DNA of 64,000 bases from Selaginella moellendorffii. Its lineage: Eukaryota > Plantae > Lycopodiophyta. Of this stretch, positions 60,720 through 64,000 are shown piece by piece; position 1 is the first letter of the stretch; every line of letters starts with the position of its first letter. The stretch lies in NCBI RefSeq assembly GCF_000143415.4, contig NW_003314449.1, positions 1 to 64,000 on the forward strand, given 5' to 3'. The notes beneath the pieces were generated by a model. That model did no database searches, was not told the origin of the DNA, and worked only from the letters and a program-made list of their open reading frames with translations. Both the position numbers and the translations under genes were made by a program.

Positions 60720-62671
60720 AAAAGCATGCTGACAAGCTGGTGTCTATGAAACAAAATACTACTCTTCGTCAACTCAGTCGACGGAAGAGTAATTCTTGCA
60801 AAATTAAACTTGCGATAGTATCCCACCAAACCGAGAAAGGAATGAACATCTGATACAATGGTTAGGACTTCCCAGGACTTCACCACTTCCACCTTCTTTA
60901 GATCCACCTCAATTACGCCACCACCAACTATATGTCCGAGAAAGTTTACATGCAATTGTCCAAAAGCACATTTACTTTTCTTAGTATATAGTTTGTGTTC
61001 GCGCAACTTCTAAAACACCAGCTCCAAATGTTTCAAATGATCCTCCAACATTTCGTTGAAGACTAGAGCATTGTCGATGTATAGGACAGCAAATGTGTCC
61101 AAATAATCTCTAAATATTCTATCCATCATAGTGTTGAACGTTGCCAGAGCATTGCATAACCCAAACGGCATAACAAGGAACTCATAAGATCCATATCGAG
61201 TCTTAAAGGTTGTCTTCTCCACATCCTAATCTACAACCATATCTGATGATACTTGGACCACAAATCAAATCATGTAAAATACTTAGCCTTTAAGAGTTGG
61301 TCAAACAAGTCATTAATGCTAGGCAAAGGATAATTGTTTTTAACCGTGATCTTGTTGAGTGCCCCATAGTCAATACACATCCTCATGGTTCCATCCTTTT
61401 TCATAACAAAAAGGACCGGCACTCCATAAGGTGACATGCTTGGTCGGATATGACCTTTATCAAAAAGCTTTGTGAGTTGCTTCTTGAGTTCAGCCATCTC
61501 CTTGATGTTCAAACAATACAGAGCTTTTGTAGGTGGTTTAGAACCTGGAATAACCTCAATCCGATGATCAATCTCACGGCTAGGAGGTAGCCCTGGTGGT
61601 AAATCCTTAGGAAAGATATCCTGATTCCTTGCCAACAACTCCAATATCTTTGTTGGTACAGCATGAACTCCATCACCAATTTGAATTGAGTTACCAACAC
61701 TCTTAGCTTCCATCATTTGAACCCAAAAGGTCCGATATCCCCTCTTAGCTACATTTTGAGCAGCCCTCGCAGTTAAGAACTTTGCATCCCAATCCTTTGA
61801 GGAACGCCTTTGCAACTGGGAGGATACATCAAGACATCTTTCTAAATTCAACGTGATACAACTTTGTCCAGCACCATAAATCCCTTTTATATATTTTTTG
61901 AAGAAATCCATACCAAATACCATCTAAAAATCTGGTGTCATCAACACTACCAAGTCCACTCTTTCTTTCCTCTTGGATATTTTTATTGGAACATCACTCA
62001 CAAACCTTCTGGCTACTTGCCCACCTTCCACAAATAGGAAGTGCATAGGTGATATTTGAACTTTGAAACTCATGCAACTGGGGGCAGCTGCAAAACTTCA
62101 TCATCCTCAGACCCTGAAGAGGAGTCCGATTGCTTAGGTTTAGCGGGTTTAGCTACCTCAGCTTCTTTCTTCCTCTTCTTGTTCTCCTTCAATTTGCAAA
62201 CTTCCCTTGGACACGGGACAAACACCATTGTGTTGAGGCCAATCTCTACATTCTGTCGATATGCCAAATGAGCAATTCTAGACACTTTCTATAAATAGCA
62301 TTTGGGACCAAAATAAGACTAACACAAAGGGTATGATAGCGAGAGTGTTTGTCAAACATAGTAAGCTATCATATAATGATATTGAGGGACTAAACTCAAT
62401 ATTGAAGGGGTTCCCAACACTAGCAAGTGCAAGTCAACAAATGAGTTTCTCTAACTAGGTCAAGTATGCTTGACAAATAGCATGTAGGATTTCCTTCCTT
62501 ATGCTCATCTAGTCAAGTGCACACACGAGGACCAGTTTCTCAACTACTTTGGGTGGAGACCATAAAAGGGACCAACAGTACCGACCTCCTGCCATCGTGG
62601 TAGTAAGAAAAGAGTGTCCGTAAAGATAGGCTAACAAGTATCTTTTGATACCCAAAGTCACATTCACGACA
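60720..62671 (-). mobile_element. Internally deleted copy of the 24204 chromovirus family (LTR part, gag fragment, PR-RT)
   Basis: Reverse-complement similarity to about 26730-28070 and 25505-25650, and an LTR ending at ..cacattcacgaca (62671). Confidence 0.88.
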
Positions 62672-62674
62672 AAG

Positions 62675-63095
62675 ATTTACAGGGAAGTTTTGGGGCACAC
62701 TATTCCAATTGTTCAATACCAAGTTGAAGTTTAGTATAGCTTATCATCTTCAAACTAATGGGTAGACTGAACACATGAATGCCCAAGTTGAGGATTATCT
62801 GCAGTACTATGTTGCGGCAGACCAATGCGACTAGGTTGAGCATTTAGACACGGCAGAATTTGTTATAACAACACATTTGAGAGTGCTATTGGCTGTTCTC
62901 CATGGGAGATGCTACAAGGGAATGCTTGTGGGTACCTCAACAGATTGTTGTACCGAAACCAATGTCTAAAGTTTTAGTTCCAGCCATTAAGACTTATGCA
63001 GAGTAGCTACGCCAAGGTTGGTTTAGAGCTACTAAGGCGATAGGCAAAGCTCAAGATAGGTATTGATGTGATAAGGATTACCATCATCGGGATGT
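62675..63095 (+). mobile_element. Integrase fragment of the 24204 family
   Basis: Similar to 29175-29600 (FTGKFWGTLFQLF..KLKFS.AYH). Confidence 0.88.
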
Positions 63096-64000
63096 AGTGT
63101 TCCTCTCGAAGAAGTTGGATAAGGCTCAGCAAAAGTGTCCTGCCCACAAGAAGAAACTCTTTGTGGTGGTCAGGGCACTCAAGGAGTGGCAACACTACCT
63201 TAGGAGACACTTCAAAATTTACACAAATATTGTGGCAACAAAACACTTCTTGTCACAGCCCAACCTAAGAGGGAAATAGGGTTAGTGGGCCAATGCTTTG
63301 GCCGAGTTTGACTTTAGTCAACAAAAGGTAAAGTTTTTCGGGCATGTGGTGGGCAAGGATAGGCTCAAGGTGGACCCTGAAAAGGTGTAAGAAATCCAGG
63401 AATAGGAATGACTATCGAATGTACATGAGTTAAGGGTGTAAGCAACCAAAGGGAACGACTTGAGAGACGGTCCATGGGGTTCAAATATAGAGGGAAAGGG
63501 CCCATGAACAAGAGTGCACCCCCTTTTCCAATCGGTTAAGGGTCTTGGGATATTTGGGGTTAAGCGTCCTTGGGTTTGAATAGTACTGGGCTGGGTGACC
63601 TCCCGGGAAGTCTAAACTTAGGAGTTTACAAAGGGCATTTCTAGGGCTATGAAATTACTACTGAAAGTCTATCAAACACTATTCGAGAGTAACCCTACCT
63701 TTAATAGACCAAATGGGAAAAGGGAAGATGGTATGAACAACGGAATGCAAAGCGGCATTTGTCCACCTCAAAGAGAAGTTTAGGAAGGCTCCTATGCTGG
63801 CATTACTAGACTTTGGTAAAGACTTTGAGGTATAAACAGATGTCTAAGACTTTGCATTGGGTACAGTTTTGAAGCAAGATAACCATCCAACAGCGTTTTT
63901 CTCTAAAAAGTTACACAAGGCTCAATGAAAATAGCCTGCCCACGAGAAGGAATTGTTTGTGATGGTCAAGGTGCTCAAGGAGTGGCGACACTACCTTGGG
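63096..64000 (+). mobile_element. Shuffled RT/RNase H fragments of the 58010 family
   Basis: Matches to about 59560-59775, 59190-59310 and 59335-59670. Confidence 0.85.
63437..63630 (+). mobile_element. Cassandra-type TRIM solo LTR (194 bp) with a 5S rRNA-derived segment, TSD AAGGG
   Basis: tgtaagc...gtttaca flanked by aaggg (63432-63436 and 63631-63635). 63559-63612 gttaagcgtccttgggtttgaatagtactgggctgggtgacctcccgggaagtc matches the A-box to C-box region of plant 5S rRNA. Confidence 0.9.

Noticed and set aside
63559-63612. 5S rRNA gene
   Set aside because: Only about 54 bp of the internal region, embedded in a TG..CA LTR with a TSD.

Overview
Transposon-rich land-plant nuclear DNA. The 50-61 nt GT-AG introns, Arabidopsis-type TTTAGGG repeats, group-I chromovirus and Cassandra LTR suggest a non-seed plant such as a lycophyte or fern (inference). 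The window holds one apparently intact 4-exon host gene (5930-7338, -, a conserved plant protein resembling Arabidopsis AT3G16200). It lies in the spacer of a near-perfect inverted duplication of at least 3.6 kb (1-3625 / 8364-11988) that carries ArfGAP-C2 and Kelch pseudogenes and ends exactly at a Helitron 3' end. Next come Helitron RepHel remnants, a LINE remnant and a complete Ty3/gypsy chromovirus (24204-31569, TSD CCAAC). The main discovery is an 11.2-kb DNA transposon (32678-43842; perfect 24-bp TIRs, 4-bp TSD TTGA), with a second inverted, truncated copy at 46556 to about 58000. It encodes an intact Sola-like DDD transposase with two N-terminal En/Spm-TnpA-like modules. Divergently it encodes a spliced cargo gene with ParB/Srx-like, degenerate N4/N6-DNA-methyltransferase-like, acidic and FCP1/HAD-phosphatase-like domains. 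About 20 copies of a 22-bp palindrome (ATGGCRTG-W-GGCC-W-CAYGCCAT) are scattered through the element, concentrated in introns and the divergent promoter, which also has a telobox. This looks like a transposon-encoded trans-factor/cis-site system (parS-like, or VANC-like anti-silencing). The right end is a nest of LTR fragments, including a 1.8-kb solo LTR and a 5S-containing Cassandra solo LTR. All domain calls come from motif recognition by eye, not database searches.
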